A model generated the notes under the pieces. The model did no database searches, was not told the DNA's origin, and was given only the letters and a program-made list of their open reading frames with translations. Shown one piece after another: positions 12,607 through 24,800 of a stretch of DNA of 64,000 bases (within the stretch, counting starts at the first letter, position 1; each line of letters begins with the position of its first letter). The stretch is taken from positions 28,706,001-28,770,000 of the forward strand of contig OX597819.1 in the NCBI GenBank assembly GCA_951406725.2. The letters run 5' to 3'. This stretch comes from Octopus vulgaris. Lineage: Eukaryota. The position numbers were made by a program, and so were the translations under genes.

Positions 12607-12950
12607 GACGAGGAGGTTTTTCCCTCTTTCTCAAAGGGTGTCATTACTTTCGAGACAGTACTTTTTGATACACCAAACATTTTGGCTGTTTTCATTATGC
12701 TAGCTCCTGCCATACGAGCACCAACAATTTAATCTCTTTGAAAGTCCGTAAGATCTGTCATTTTAATGAATTTTAATTACCTTTTTCTGATGATATCCAA
12801 AAAGAAACAGCAATTTTAGCAAAACATATTAAGCAACACTAATAATAAATGAAAAAGCATAAAAATAAACAAGCTTTTGATAATTTTATAGATATTTCAA
12901 AATCATGTTTGTATGATGCTAGGTGTTTCCATTATTTTGTCCAACCCCTG
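12607..12950 (-). mobile_element. Tc1-family transposon 5' fragment
   Basis: TA-CAGGGGTTGGACAAAATAATGGAAACAC TIR. ATG at 12761 gives MTDLTDFQRD*IVGARMAGASIMKTAKMFGVSKSTVSKV (paired-like HTH). Confidence 0.85.
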
Positions 12951-13109
12951 TATGTGCATGTGTGTGTTTATGTATATACATGTGCACGCGCGCGTGTGTG
13001 TGTGTATCAATCATTGTCATCATCATCATCATCATCATCATCAGTGTTATTTAACATCTGTTTTCCATGTCGGCTTGGATAATTTGTTTTAGTGTAGTCA
13101 TGGTGTGGG

Positions 13110-13360
13110 TATGGATTCTGCTTGCTCACTGGGTTCTAATCATTGTTGTTTTCATAGAATTTGATTATAGAGAACCCACTTTTCAACACCTGTGATGAGT
13201 CTATCCAGGAAAAATTTGAGAGTAAGTCTATTCTTTAATGATGAGAAGAAGGCAACTCTTTGTTTAAGTTGGGAAGCAGGCACATGATGAGGGCCTCACT
13301 GACTAAGTTAAGACAATTTTCCTAGTTTATAAAGGTGTATTATGATCAAAGTGTGAATTG
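13110..13360 (-). mobile_element. Degraded mariner transposase fragment
   Basis: FLDRLITGVEKWVL, a variant of the mariner TGDEKW motif, at about 13170-13212. Confidence 0.6.
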
Positions 13361-13734
13361 AATGTTTTGGTAATTCTCATGTGCGTCTCTCTCTCTCTCT
13401 CTCTCTGTCTGTCTCTCTCTCTGTCTCTGTCTCTCTCTCTGTCTCTGTCTGTCTGTCTCTGTCTGTCTGTCTCTCTGTATATATCGGCCCTCGTGCCAGT
13501 GGCATGTTAAAGCTCCCACTACACTCTCAGAGTGGTTGGCATTAGGAAGGGCATCCAGTTGTAGAAACTCTGCCAGATCAAGATTGGATCCTGTTGCAGC
13601 CATCTGGTTTGCCAGTCCTCAGTCAAATCGTCCAACCCATGCTAGCATGGAAAGTGGACATTAAACGATGATGATGATGATGATGATGATATATATATAT
13701 ATATATATAAAAGAAAATGTTGTGAACTTCATTA

Positions 13735-13792
13735 GCTTACAACTGTTTCTGCTACAATATGCAGTTGAGTGCTTTATAGCTTCATTAGTGTC
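13735..13792 (-). ncRNA. Degenerate HHR motif
   Basis: CTAATGA-aGCTATA..TGTAGCa-GAAA-CAGTTG-TA; one core substitution, near-palindromic stem III, poor stem I. Confidence 0.45.
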
Positions 13793-14284
13793 TTGAATCA
13801 TCATCATCATCATTTAACGACCGTGGTGCAATTCATTTGGGAAAAAGAATTACATTTGTATGTATATATATATATCTTCTATTTACTTCAGTCATTGAAC
13901 TATGGTCCTGTTGGGACACCACCTTGATGAGTTTAGTCAAACTAATCAATCTCTGTACATATTTTGAAACCTTGTAATTATTTTATTGGTCTCTTCCATC
14001 AAATTGCTAAGTTATGGACATATAAACAAACCAACACTGATTGCTGAGTAGTTGTGGGGGACAAACATAAACACAACAGCATGTGCACACACACACGTAT
14101 ATCTATATAATATATACAATACACACATGCACACACACGCATGCATGCACACGCACACACACACACACACACATTCTCTCATATGTTCTTTTGATATACA
14201 TTTTCTGCACCATTGTACCTCTTGGAGTTTCATAATTATGTGATTCTTCAAGTCCCTATTACTACTATATATATATGTGTGTGT

Positions 14285-14582
14285 GGAGGCGCAATGGCCC
14301 AGTGGTTAGGGCAGCGGACTCGCAGTCGTAGGATCACAGTTTCAATTCCCAGACTGGGCATTGTGAGTGTTTATTGAGCGAAAACCCCTAAAAGCTCCAC
14401 GAGGCTCTGGCAGGGGGTGGTGGCGATCTCTGCTGTACTCTTTCACCACAACTTTTTCTCACTCTTTCTTCTGTTGGCCTGCTCGCTTAGCCAGCAGGGT
14501 GGCGTCTTTTGAAGGCTAAAACAATGTGAAGCGCATTGTGACCAGCGATGTGTAGCAACATCTGATAGCCTGGTCGGTCACG

Positions 14583-14587
<5 letters not shown>
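14285..14587 (+). mobile_element. tRNA-derived SINE type C (tail 1)
   Basis: A box TGGCCCAGTGG, B-box-like GTTTCAATTCC; inverted copy at 10016; ends in (TA)n. Confidence 0.85.
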
Positions 14588-14637
<50 letters not shown>

Positions 14638-15081
14638 GATGGGCTTCTTTGAGTTTCCATCTATCAAATCCATTGACAATGTTTGGTCATCCTGGGGCTT
14701 ATTGTAGAAGACACTTATTGAAAATGTTACGGAGTAGGACTGAAACCCAAATTTTGTAGTTGGGAGGCAAAACTTTTACTACACAGCCATGACTGATTGT
14801 ATCGAAACATACTATGATAAAGAAAACTGATTATTAGTATTAATAGTTACGATTATGTAAATTTCACAAAAGGAAAGCAATTATTGAAGTCTCCACAATT
14901 TAGAAAGTTCTTAAAGATGCCAATTTTTTAAATATTTTTAATCAAAATGTAATTTACAAGATTGTTTTTTGTGAGCATTTCAACAACACATTTCAATCAG
15001 AAAACTAATTCTAATTTACTGTGACATAATGTTCTTCAATGTCTTACATTTGCATTCTTTTTCTTCTACTCTGTTTCCCTG

Positions 15082-15723
15082 GGATCTTTTCGGTTTGACC
15101 GGCAGTTTTTTCTAGCGGTGTCATATGAAATTGTCACCCATAATTATAACCCTAGTATCAATCTATTGCATTTCAATCTGTTTTAGGGTTAGGGTTAGGG
15201 ATCTTTTCAGTTTGAATGGCAGTTTTTTCTAGCGGTGTCATATGAAATTGTCACCCATAATTATGATCCTAGTATCGATCTATTGCATTTCAATCTGTTT
15301 TAAGGTTAGGGATCTTTTCGGTTTGAACGGCAGTTTATTCTAGCAGTGTCATATGAAATTGTCACCCATAATTATGACCCTAGTATCGATCTATTGCATT
15401 TCAATCTGTTTTAGGGTTAGGGTTAGGGGTGGGGGAAGGGTATCTTTTTATTCACAAATGTAAATAAACCCAATCTGTTTCTTTAACAAGGGACTTATTC
15501 ATACGGCACAGAATGTTTTTTTACCTCAATAGACATCAGTGATTGGTTGAAATTGCAGAAATTGAAGAAAAAAACAACAAATATCTTACAAACTATAGAA
15601 TTTTCTCAATGAAGCCAAGAGAAAAAGATGTTTTATAAACACATTCTACCAGTATACGAAGTTTAAAATTTTTCAGTTACCTAGAAATTATGTTAAAAAC
15701 TGCCGTTCAAACTGAAAAGATCC
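15082..15723. mobile_element. Non-autonomous TIR transposon (Merlin-like) with a triplicated left end
   Basis: TIR GGATCTTTTCGGTTTGA.CGGCAGTTTTT / AAAAACTGCCGTTCAAACTGAAAAGATCC; exact 8-bp TSD TTTCCCTG (15074-81, 15724-31). GG-starting TIR with 8-bp TSD fits Merlin; the superfamily call is inference. Confidence 0.8.
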
Positions 15724-16264
15724 TTTCCCTGTAATGTTATCTGCTTATCTGTATGTCTCCCTTTCCATTGATTCTTTATTTACAGCCACTATTTCTCTTT
15801 CCTTATAACTTTTCCTGACTCACTCTTATCTTCCCCATTTATTTTGTCAACATCTTTCTTCCTTTGCTTTTGTCACTTCTCTTTCTCATGCACTTCATTT
15901 ATATCCTTTCCCCTGTTATTTCATTTATTACATTTTGTCTTCTCCATGCACACTCTGTTACTTTTACTTTCTTTCTCTCCAACTTTCTCTCTCCCTCACT
16001 TGCTCTGTATTGCTTCTTTATCATTAGAAATAATGATTACGGAAATTTTCTTTGAGATTCTTAGTGAAAATTTATGAAACTTTTTACACTGTATCTATTT
16101 AGTTTCAAATTACATAGACATTTTTCATTTGAAGTTTATTTTGTCATACACAAATAAGTAAACCATGATCTTTTGAATAATTAAAGCCTTGGGTTATTCT
16201 CTATGCCTGTGTTGACATTGTGTTTATTGTTAGAAAATACACTAATTTCGTTTAACATATTGAT

Positions 16265-16674
16265 TACTCTTTTACTCTTTTTCTTGTTTCAGTCATTTTG
16301 ACTGTGGCCATGCTGGAGCACCGCCTTTAGTCAAGCAAATCGACCCTGGGACTTATTCTTTGTAAGCCCAGTGCTTATTCTATTGGTCTCTTTTGCCGAA
16401 CCGCTAAGTGACGGGGATGTAAACACACCAGCATCAGTTGTCAAGCAATGCTAGGGGGACAAACACAGACACACAAACACACACACACATATACATATAT
16501 ATACATATATACGACAGGCTTATTTCAGTTTCCGTCTACCAAATCCACTCACAAGGCATTGGTCGGCCCGGGACTATAGCAGAAGACACTTGCCCAAGAT
16601 GCCACGCAGTGGGACTGAACCCGGAACCATGTGGTTGGTTAGCAAGCTACTTACCACACAGCCACTCCTGCGCC
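16265..16674 (-). mobile_element. tRNA-derived SINE type A, full length
   Basis: Reverse complement of 38706-39109. Other copies: 42920-43312(-), 55958-56362(-), 46104-46735(+, interrupted by an RTE tail), 34195-34690(+), 48466-48632 plus 49730-49910(+, split). Confidence 0.9.
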
Positions 16675-17641
16675 TATTACAATACAATAATTAAATATAC
16701 ATACAACACTATTTGTTTCTACATTAGAATTTTTCAATTTGACATGGGTCATCCAAAAAGAAAAACTATGTGGCTAAAACAGAATGTTTCATAGCAAAGG
16801 GAGAGAAAAGCAACTGAATTAAAGACAAAACAACTGAAAGAAATGTCTAAATATGCATGTAGGCAATGAGAATATGGTTCTGTTTCTGCTACACATGATA
16901 GCCAGGCTAGAGCATTTCAAGAAGAGAATAATCTACTTCAAAACAATACCCAGCTTTCACAGTCTGAGAATATTCAAGTGTCAATTGATATTTACCATCA
17001 GATAGATAGGATATACAGACAAATATCTCGTGCAAATATTAGTGACTCACTGACAATAACAGGAATGAAAACAAGCAGGGCGCAGAGAGGCCAAACCAAA
17101 TATGTACAGCAGGAGAATATATTGAAAAACTTTTAAGCGAGATACATGTCTGTTAAAGATTTAGCAATGAATGCCAATTTCCATGACTTTCAAGAACAAG
17201 CTGTCCTGTCTGTTACCCACATAATGCAAGGAATTTTTTTGATAATGCTTACTAACATTGTAAAGCTTACAGATGGCCTACTAAATCAAATTCTCTATGT
17301 TAGCAAAACTGGACAATCTGTGACCTCCTACACAAAATATTCTTAGGTACTTTGCTGCTACTCATATAGAAATCAAATAGCAATGTGTTGGGTTGCAGAG
17401 AGATCAAATACTCTGGATTTAGTCCTATTATTAAGGTGCAGAGAAAAGCTTGTCTCATGATTCGATTACAACTTCCAAATGATAACTATCCAAACTTTGC
17501 TCAAATCTACTTCTAAGTCACAAGCAGTGATCATCAGAATGGACTGCAGCCAAGGCCAGTCTTAGGAGGTGTGGGGGCCCAATTGGGAACAATTTTGGTG
17601 GGCTCCAGTCAACTTGCACCTCAGATATATATATATATATA

Positions 17642-19165
17642 TAATATGTCTTGAATGGCACAATAATGCACTATAACAACAACAATGGACTATAAGAACT
17701 GTTATAATTTAATCATCCATAGTCTGATATAATATTTCAGAATATAAATATTCCTTCTTCAGATATCCCTAGGAATTGATCGAGTCACTGCTATAATCAG
17801 TTTTCCAATGGCTTTTTTTTTCCAGAAGCGTCTCTGCAGTGTGAGATATGTGTGAGGGCGGCCATGTCTCAAGCTCGTGTGTACTGGCACATCTGCAGCG
17901 CTGCTTCTAAGTTATGTATTATACATGCAGTTTCTGGGATTTTTCTTCCATTTTTTTTTATAAACAATACATGAGCATGTTATCAAAAATGAACTTACAC
18001 GCATCCAGATATAGCTAAACAATATATTGACTGCCAATCTTCTGCCTGTTGTTAATTTCGAGCCCTAGTCTGTCTATGAGGATTGATTCCTTAATTCTTA
18101 GATTACCCAAATTTCTTTCATTGGCCTCAGTTGTGACTGTTATGCTTTTGTCGGTGTTCCGGCATCTGTTTAGATGTTTTCTGAAGGAGAAGGCTCTCAT
18201 GTTCAGATGTTCTTTGATGCGAATGTGTAATGGTCTTGTTGTGCTACCCACATAGGACTTGTTGCATTTGTTACATTGTATTCTATACTCAACATTTACC
18301 TGTTGGCATAAATCTGTGTCACAGATGGGCAGTTTGCTAGTGTGCATTGATTGCTGTCCCTTGCTCGTTTCTTTGGGAGGTGTCTTCTCAGAGAGGGGCC
18401 GGAGTGGGCTAGTTGTATGTCTAGTCCTTCCCTTCTTATGGCTCTTTGGAGCTAAAATGGGGTATTTTAAGGAAGCATGTGCTATGTGTTGCTGGGTTTT
18501 CTGTGTGTTTGTCATCTTGGTTACTTAAGCTGATTTACAATGGATGTTGGGTACTGTTGGTTTTCTATATCTCTAGGAAGTGTGTAGTGTGGGTCACCTT
18601 GTCCTTTGTCCTGCCGCACTTGTTCTGAATGTGTGCAAGTTCATTTAGTACTGAGTGGAAGTGCTGAACTGTATTGAACAAACATATCTCTACTGGCTGC
18701 TTTCCTGTAGAACTTGGCGTGGTTCTCTCCTTCTTCCGTTATTTTCAGTTGGAAGTCAAGTAGCGATAGTGATCCAGTGTTGTCAGGATGTTCTATAGTG
18801 AACTGTATGTTCATGTCCGAGTTGTTGAACGGGATGAATATTCTGTCAGCCTCTTCATGAGAGAATGTGAGTATGAGGATGTCATCTACATACCCGGTGA
18901 ATAGGGCGCATGAGCAGCAGATATTGAGTGCTCGATATTCCAGATGGTTCATTTAGGTGATGGCCAGTAGGCCTGAGAGACTGGATCCCATGGGGAGACC
19001 TGTTATCTGTTTGCGTATGTGATCATAGAAAGAAAAGTAGGTGTTGTCCACGATGATGGACAATAGTTGATGTATATCAGCTGCAGAGAGTCCGAAGCAG
19101 TGGATGTCAGACCCTACTATGCAGTCAGTCAATAAGCAGTCAAGACACATTGTACTTAACAAACA
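17642..19165 (-). mobile_element. Penelope-like retroelement 2, degraded and 5'-truncated
   Basis: QITGLPMGSSLSGLLA, YVDDIL, FTIEHPD..GSLSLLDF, YRIQCNKCNKSYVGSTTRPLHIRIKEH spread across frames; terminal HHR at 17726-17767. Confidence 0.88.
17726..17767 (-). ncRNA. Minimal HHR of PLE2
   Basis: GATAT-CTGAAGA-A-GGAATAtttaTATTCT-GAAA-TA-TT-ATATC; homologous to 29152-29188. Confidence 0.75.
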
Positions 19166-19404
19166 ATACACAATGCTTCAAGCAAACTACAATATTCTCC
19201 TATATATATATATAAAATACAAATAAGAAAATGGAGAAACAATTGAGTTGGTTCACCAGCTTTCGGATATTAGAATGTTGACTTATTTATTTATTTAACA
19301 AAAACGAGAAACTTAATAACATACATATATACATTATAATTCAATACATATAAGATAAGAATACAATTATAAAAATCTTAATATAAATTATTGAAATCAT
19401 TAAA

Positions 19405-19535
19405 ATCACTCTTACAGCTGTTTCAGCCTATGGAAAAAAGTAGTTTTTCAGTACCTACAGTTGTCAATTATATTGAGGTTGTAGGCATTTAAAAATAGGG
19501 TACTTATATATAACCATAGGCCTTGTCGGATATTA
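19405..19535 (-). ncRNA. Degenerate HHR with an about 80-nt stem II loop
   Basis: CCGACAA (two changes from CTGACGA)-GGCCTATGG...CCATAGGCT-GAAA-CAGCTG-TA; palindromic stem III ACAGCTGT; weak stem I. Confidence 0.5.
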
Positions 19536-19819
19536 TAAAGAACTTTAAAAATATAAATACATGAAATAGGATACACGTACAATTTAATATATATAAATAT
19601 AAACAAATATCCATATACACATACACATATATATATATATATACATACATAAGCAAAGTATATACACCTTTACATGTGTATAAATACATAAATAAGCACA
19701 GTTAAACCATAGGTCCAAGCAGATAGAGCATTCGTCATAGACATATATATACATACATACCGGAACATATACATACGTCCATGCCCATGACTACATAAAC
19801 AATATTTAATTGTTACTTA

Positions 19820-19881
<62 letters not shown>

Positions 19882-21065
19882 TTATCAATAATAACAATAT
19901 TATTAGATTTAGAGTAATCTTCACTTCACAATACATATTATAGTAGATTCCAATATATCATATATTACGATACAATATAAACAATTACTTTACAGTAGAT
20001 TTAATTTTAGCCACAATCAATACACAACAGATATATATATATACATACATTTAGACCAGGGTTGTTACAATATTGTTCTTCATACACACAAGTCCATGCG
20101 TATGGGCAACAAATAAAAGCAACATGTACATATATATACATACGTACAAATATACACCAATATCTATATGAAGATTTTCTTTCTTTTTGTCACAGTTAAA
20201 TTATATATATATATAGATTTATATATATACATATATATGTATATATATAAAATATAAAATACACTTTATTGAAATAAAATTTCCCTAAAATTAAACATAT
20301 ACAAACATATATATATATAAAATACACGGTATTGAAATAAAAAAAAAAGCGTCCCCAAAACTAAACATATTCATAGAAACTGACACACACAAATTATACG
20401 CACACATATATACATACAATTTACCCACACAGACACACAAATTTTTCATCCAAACATCCCCATAATCACTCCCAAACATTCACATACAAACATATTTATT
20501 GAGCCTTACTCTAAAAATACAGTAAACCCAAGCAGTCTTGCATGAATGGGTTTATCTTTTGATCTCTTGTGTTGCTAAAGTGTAGAAAGTATGTTTCTTC
20601 TTTTTTTTTTTTTGAAAGACCATGTAGATTTTTTTTTAAAGTCTTCAGGGCAACTACCATTATGAAATGTTGCAGTATAGAATGTGGCCCTCTTGAGCGT
20701 GGGGCCCCCTTTGGTGTGGGGCTTGATTTGGTGCAATTGGTCCAGTCGGCTTAAGGCCAGCCCTGACTGCAGCATACAAATTTAAGTGGTGAGATTTTGA
20801 AAGCCATACAAGATGACTTGCACCAATACAATATGTATATACATAGTTTCAAAGCAGTTATTGAAACACAAAAGCTTTAAAGGATTTCAATGTTGTTCTG
20901 TATACTGACAAGAATGATGAAACCACTAATTAACATTGCTGGATTTACAATCTTCCAATGAAATAAATTATTATATAAATTTCTGTCTTTTCCTCAAATC
21001 ACATAGAGCTGCATTGTTCATAGTTCTTTAACATACGCAAAAATAAGACACACACACACACACAA

Positions 21066-21095
<30 letters not shown>

Positions 21096-21096
<1 letters not shown>

Positions 21097-21815
21097 GGTT
21101 CATAGCCACTCTGATTTTTCAATTTTTCGTTTAGTATTGTCTCCCGATTCATACAAACCCATTTGCTAGCTCACGATTAACAGAACCTCTTTACTCAGCT
21201 ACGGTGTTATATTAGCTATCAATAATGATATTCCCTCTGATTTTTCTGATTTTCAAACCTATTTATCTAATGTTTATTTATCGACAATGCCGTCCCCAGT
21301 CAAATTCCCTCACACCGCTTATTGTCACGTGTCCCTTGACCTCTCTCTCTAACTAACCCTATCTCTCTCTCGCTATGTCCCCCCTTCCCATAACCATCAT
21401 CGCCATGGTCCTCTATGCCCCCCCTCCCCAAAACCATCATCGCCATACATAAAGGAGTGATCGCATTTATCGTTAACCCCACTCGCTTCAAAATATCTAA
21501 AGAATACGCACAGATCATGAATGGCTAAAAGTTAAGTGAATCGTCCAACCTCGCTACGACTACCTTCTTTCTTGCACTTATCCTTATTCTTTCTCTATTC
21601 TTCAATTTCCATCTCATTGTATTGTCCCTCATTCTTTCAGTATTCCCTCATTACCCTGTCTAGCTCAAACATTTTTTTTCATTTAGACTTGTCTCCAGGT
21701 TCATAGCCACTCTGATTTTTCAATTTTTCAATTTTTCGTTTAGTATTGTCTCCCGATTCATACAAACCCATTTGCTAGCTCACGATTAACAGAACCTCTT
21801 TACTCAGCTACGGTG
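21096..21815 (+). repeat. About 110-bp direct repeat, 601 bp apart, directly upstream of the RTE
   Basis: 21096-21206 equals 21697-21815 apart from an 8-bp internal duplication. Confidence 0.9.
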
Positions 21816-24800
21816 CACCCGCCCTCCCACCCCCACCACGCATGCCGGAAGTTCCTATTCTCTTCCATTCCGGGGTTGCTTCCCATGAAGACTGCAAATG
21901 CTCTCACCATCCCTACCCCTCCCTACCCCTAGTCTCGACCTATGTAAGGTAATGTTCATACAGTGCAAAATATGAAAGGCTAGCGTTATGCAGGTTGTAC
22001 TGAAGGCTACTTTACTACTTCATTTTTTGCACATGAATTCTGCCAAATGCGAGCTTTCTTTTCAGGTACACGAAGCTACTGTCCACCGTCCCAGGGTCTC
22101 TAGAGCCCATGCCTTCCACACCCTCAGGGTTGGCACCCTCAACGTTGGCACTCTGAAAGGTAGGTCTGGTGAGATAGTCGAGATGCTTGAACGGAGATGT
22201 GTGGATATATGTTGCATGCAAGAAATAAGGTGGAGAGGAGGATCAGCTAGGTTCCTCACAGGCAAGGAACGCAGGTACAAGATTTTGTGGGCAGGGAACA
22301 CTGACGGGGTTGGTGGCGTGGGTATACTTATCGCTGAGAAATGGGTAGATAAAGTAATTGAGGTAATCAGAGTAAGTGACAGAATACTTAAGATTAGATT
22401 AGTGCTTCATCATAGTTTAGCAACCATTATATCAGCCTATGCTCCTCAGTCGGGGCTACCCGATGGACAGAAAGACCGATTCTATGACACTCTACTGCAG
22501 ACTACCTCATTGACGAACGACAGAGACCTTATCTTTGTGGCTGGTGACTTCAATGGTCACGTTGGACGACATGCTGGGGGCTTCCATGGCGTACATGGAG
22601 GCTATGGCTATGGCTCCCGCAACGAGGAGGGAACCAGGCTGCTGGAGTTCTGCGATGCAAATAATCTTATGATTTGCAACACTAACTTCAGGAAACCTAC
22701 CAGCCACCTAGTCACTTACCAATCGGGCCAACTTACCAGCCAAATTGACTACATCCTTACAAGGCAAAGGGAGAGATGGCTGCTTATAAATGCCAAAACC
22801 TTCCCAGGTGAAGAATGTACCCCACAACATAGACTGGTAGTTAGTGACTTTAGGATCAGGACTAGGAGGACAACCAGAAGACGACAAATATGGAGAAGAA
22901 GGATCTGGAAGCTTAAAGATCCTGCAAATGGACAGAGATTTAGGGACATATTACTTGAAGCCTCTGACGAAGTAGAAGGGGATAGAGCATCACAGGGGGT
23001 AGAAAACAGCTGGACGTTTCTAAGGGACAACCTGCTGAGAGCCACTGACCAGATCTGTGGCTGGTGCAAAGTCCCCTCTCGACCTAGAATAACGTGGTGG
23101 TGGAACAATATTGTAGACAGGGCTATTAGAGAAAAGAGACAGGCTTGGAAGGTCTGGAAAAATGGGGGTAGCAGGGAATTGTATCAGACTGCCAAAAGAG
23201 AAGCTAGGAGACAGGTTTATTTAGCCAGAGGGGAAGCAGATAAGAAAAAATTTGCCAATGTTCTGCGCCGTGAGGACCAAAGACTGGAGGTGTTTCGCGT
23301 TGCAAGACAGTGTGTGAGAGAGAATCGTGATGTGGTAGGAGAGAAGTGTGTTCGCATGGAAGATGGTTCACTTGCGCTAAATGAGGATGCAAAGAGAGAG
23401 GTTTGGAGATGCCACTATGAAAGGTTGCTGAATGAAGAAAATGAATGGGATAAAGAGAGTCTGCCGAATGTTGACCCAACAGAGGGACCAGCTATCCGAG
23501 TTGATAGTTCTGTGGTAGCTAAGGCAATTAGAAGCATGAAGACAGGGAAAGCCCCAGGCCCATCAGGAATCACTGCAGAGATGCTCAAAATGTCTGGTAG
23601 TGTTGGCTATAGCCTAGTCACCCATATAGTTAATCAGGTGATACACAAAGGGGTCATACCCAATGACTGGTGTAGCAGTATAATAGTCAACTGCTACAAA
23701 GGTAAAGGTGATGCCCTAGATACAAATAATTACAGAGGTATCAAGCTGTTGGACCAGGTGATGAAGGTTACGGAGAGGGTCATAGCCCAACTAATTAGAG
23801 AGAGAGTTAGTTTAGATGAGATGCAGTTTGGGTTTGTGCCAGGGAAAAGTACTACTGATGCTATATTCCTGGTAAGGCAGCTGCAGGAGAAATACCTAGC
23901 CAAAGATAAGCCCCTGTACCTGGCTTTTGTTGACATGGAGAAAGCCTTCGACAGGGTCCCCCGATCCCTTATCTGGTGGGCAATGAGAAAACTAGGGATA
24001 GATGAATGGTTAGTGAGAGCTGTGCGGGCCATGTATAGGGACGCCGCTAGTAGGGTGAGGGTTGGAAATGAGTACAGTGAAGAATTCCGGGTAGAGGTAG
24101 GGGTCCACCAAGGCTCAGTACTCAGCCCCCTCCTATTTATCATAGTCCTCCAGGCAATAACGGAGGAATTCAAGACAGGATGCCCTTGGGAGCTCCTCTA
24201 TGCTGATGACCTTGCTCTAATTGCTGAGTCGCTATCAGAACTGGAGGAGAAGTTTCAGGATTAGAAACAAGGATTAGAATCGAAGGGCCTCAGAGTCAAT
24301 CTAGCTAAAACCAAAGTCGTAATCAGTAGGAAGGTTGACAAATCACAAACACCTTCAGGTAGATGGCCCTGCTCGATCTGTAGAAAAGGTGTAGGTAGAA
24401 ACTCTATAAGATGCACCAAGTGTAAGCTATGGACACATAAGAGATGCAGCAATGTCAAAGGAAGGCTAACTAGGAAGATGGTTTTTGTATGTGGCAGATG
24501 CTCAGGAACAATAAACACTGAAAATGCTCTGAGACCAACTTCTGTCACTTTCCAGGGAGAAAAACTAGAAATAGTTGATAGTTTCCGTTACCTAGGTGAC
24601 CAAGTCAGCAGCGGGGACGGGTGTGCTGAAAGTGTAACTGCTAGAGTAAGGATAGCTTGGGCAAAGTTCAGAGAGCTCTTACCTCTGCTGGTGACAAAAG
24701 GCCTCTCGCACAGAGTGAAAGGCAGACTGTATGATGCGTGTGTACGAACAGCCATGCTACATGGCAGTGAAACATGGGCCGTGACTGCTGAGGATATGCG

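Larger units (their letters stand above)
17551..20765. mobile_element. hAT-like non-autonomous transposon carrying nested insertions
   Basis: Exact 8-bp TSD ACTGCAGC (17543-50, 20766-73); imperfect TIRs CAAGGCCAGTCTTAG / CTTAAGGCCAGCCCTG; subterminal GGGGCCC motifs at both ends. Confidence 0.8.
17200..20960 (+). pseudogene. Degraded Helitron Rep remnant, split by the hAT insertion (pieces about 17200-17540 and 20775-20960)
   Basis: HCKAYRWPT, EIKYSGFSPIIKVQRK and, after the insertion, LKAIQDDLHQYNMYIHSFK resemble Helitron Rep N-terminal motifs (GF.P.FKIQGQVYH; LQ.MLH..NPYV..FK). Recognised from memory. Confidence 0.55.

Noticed and set aside
15183-15430. TTAGGG runs as a telomere or fusion scar
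   Set aside because: Only 1-3 units each, internal to a TSD-flanked transposon.
18015-19171. PLE2 as a selenoprotein-encoding (Naiad-type) element
   Set aside because: The copy is too degraded; the visible Cys codons are TGY and I could not identify a SECIS element.
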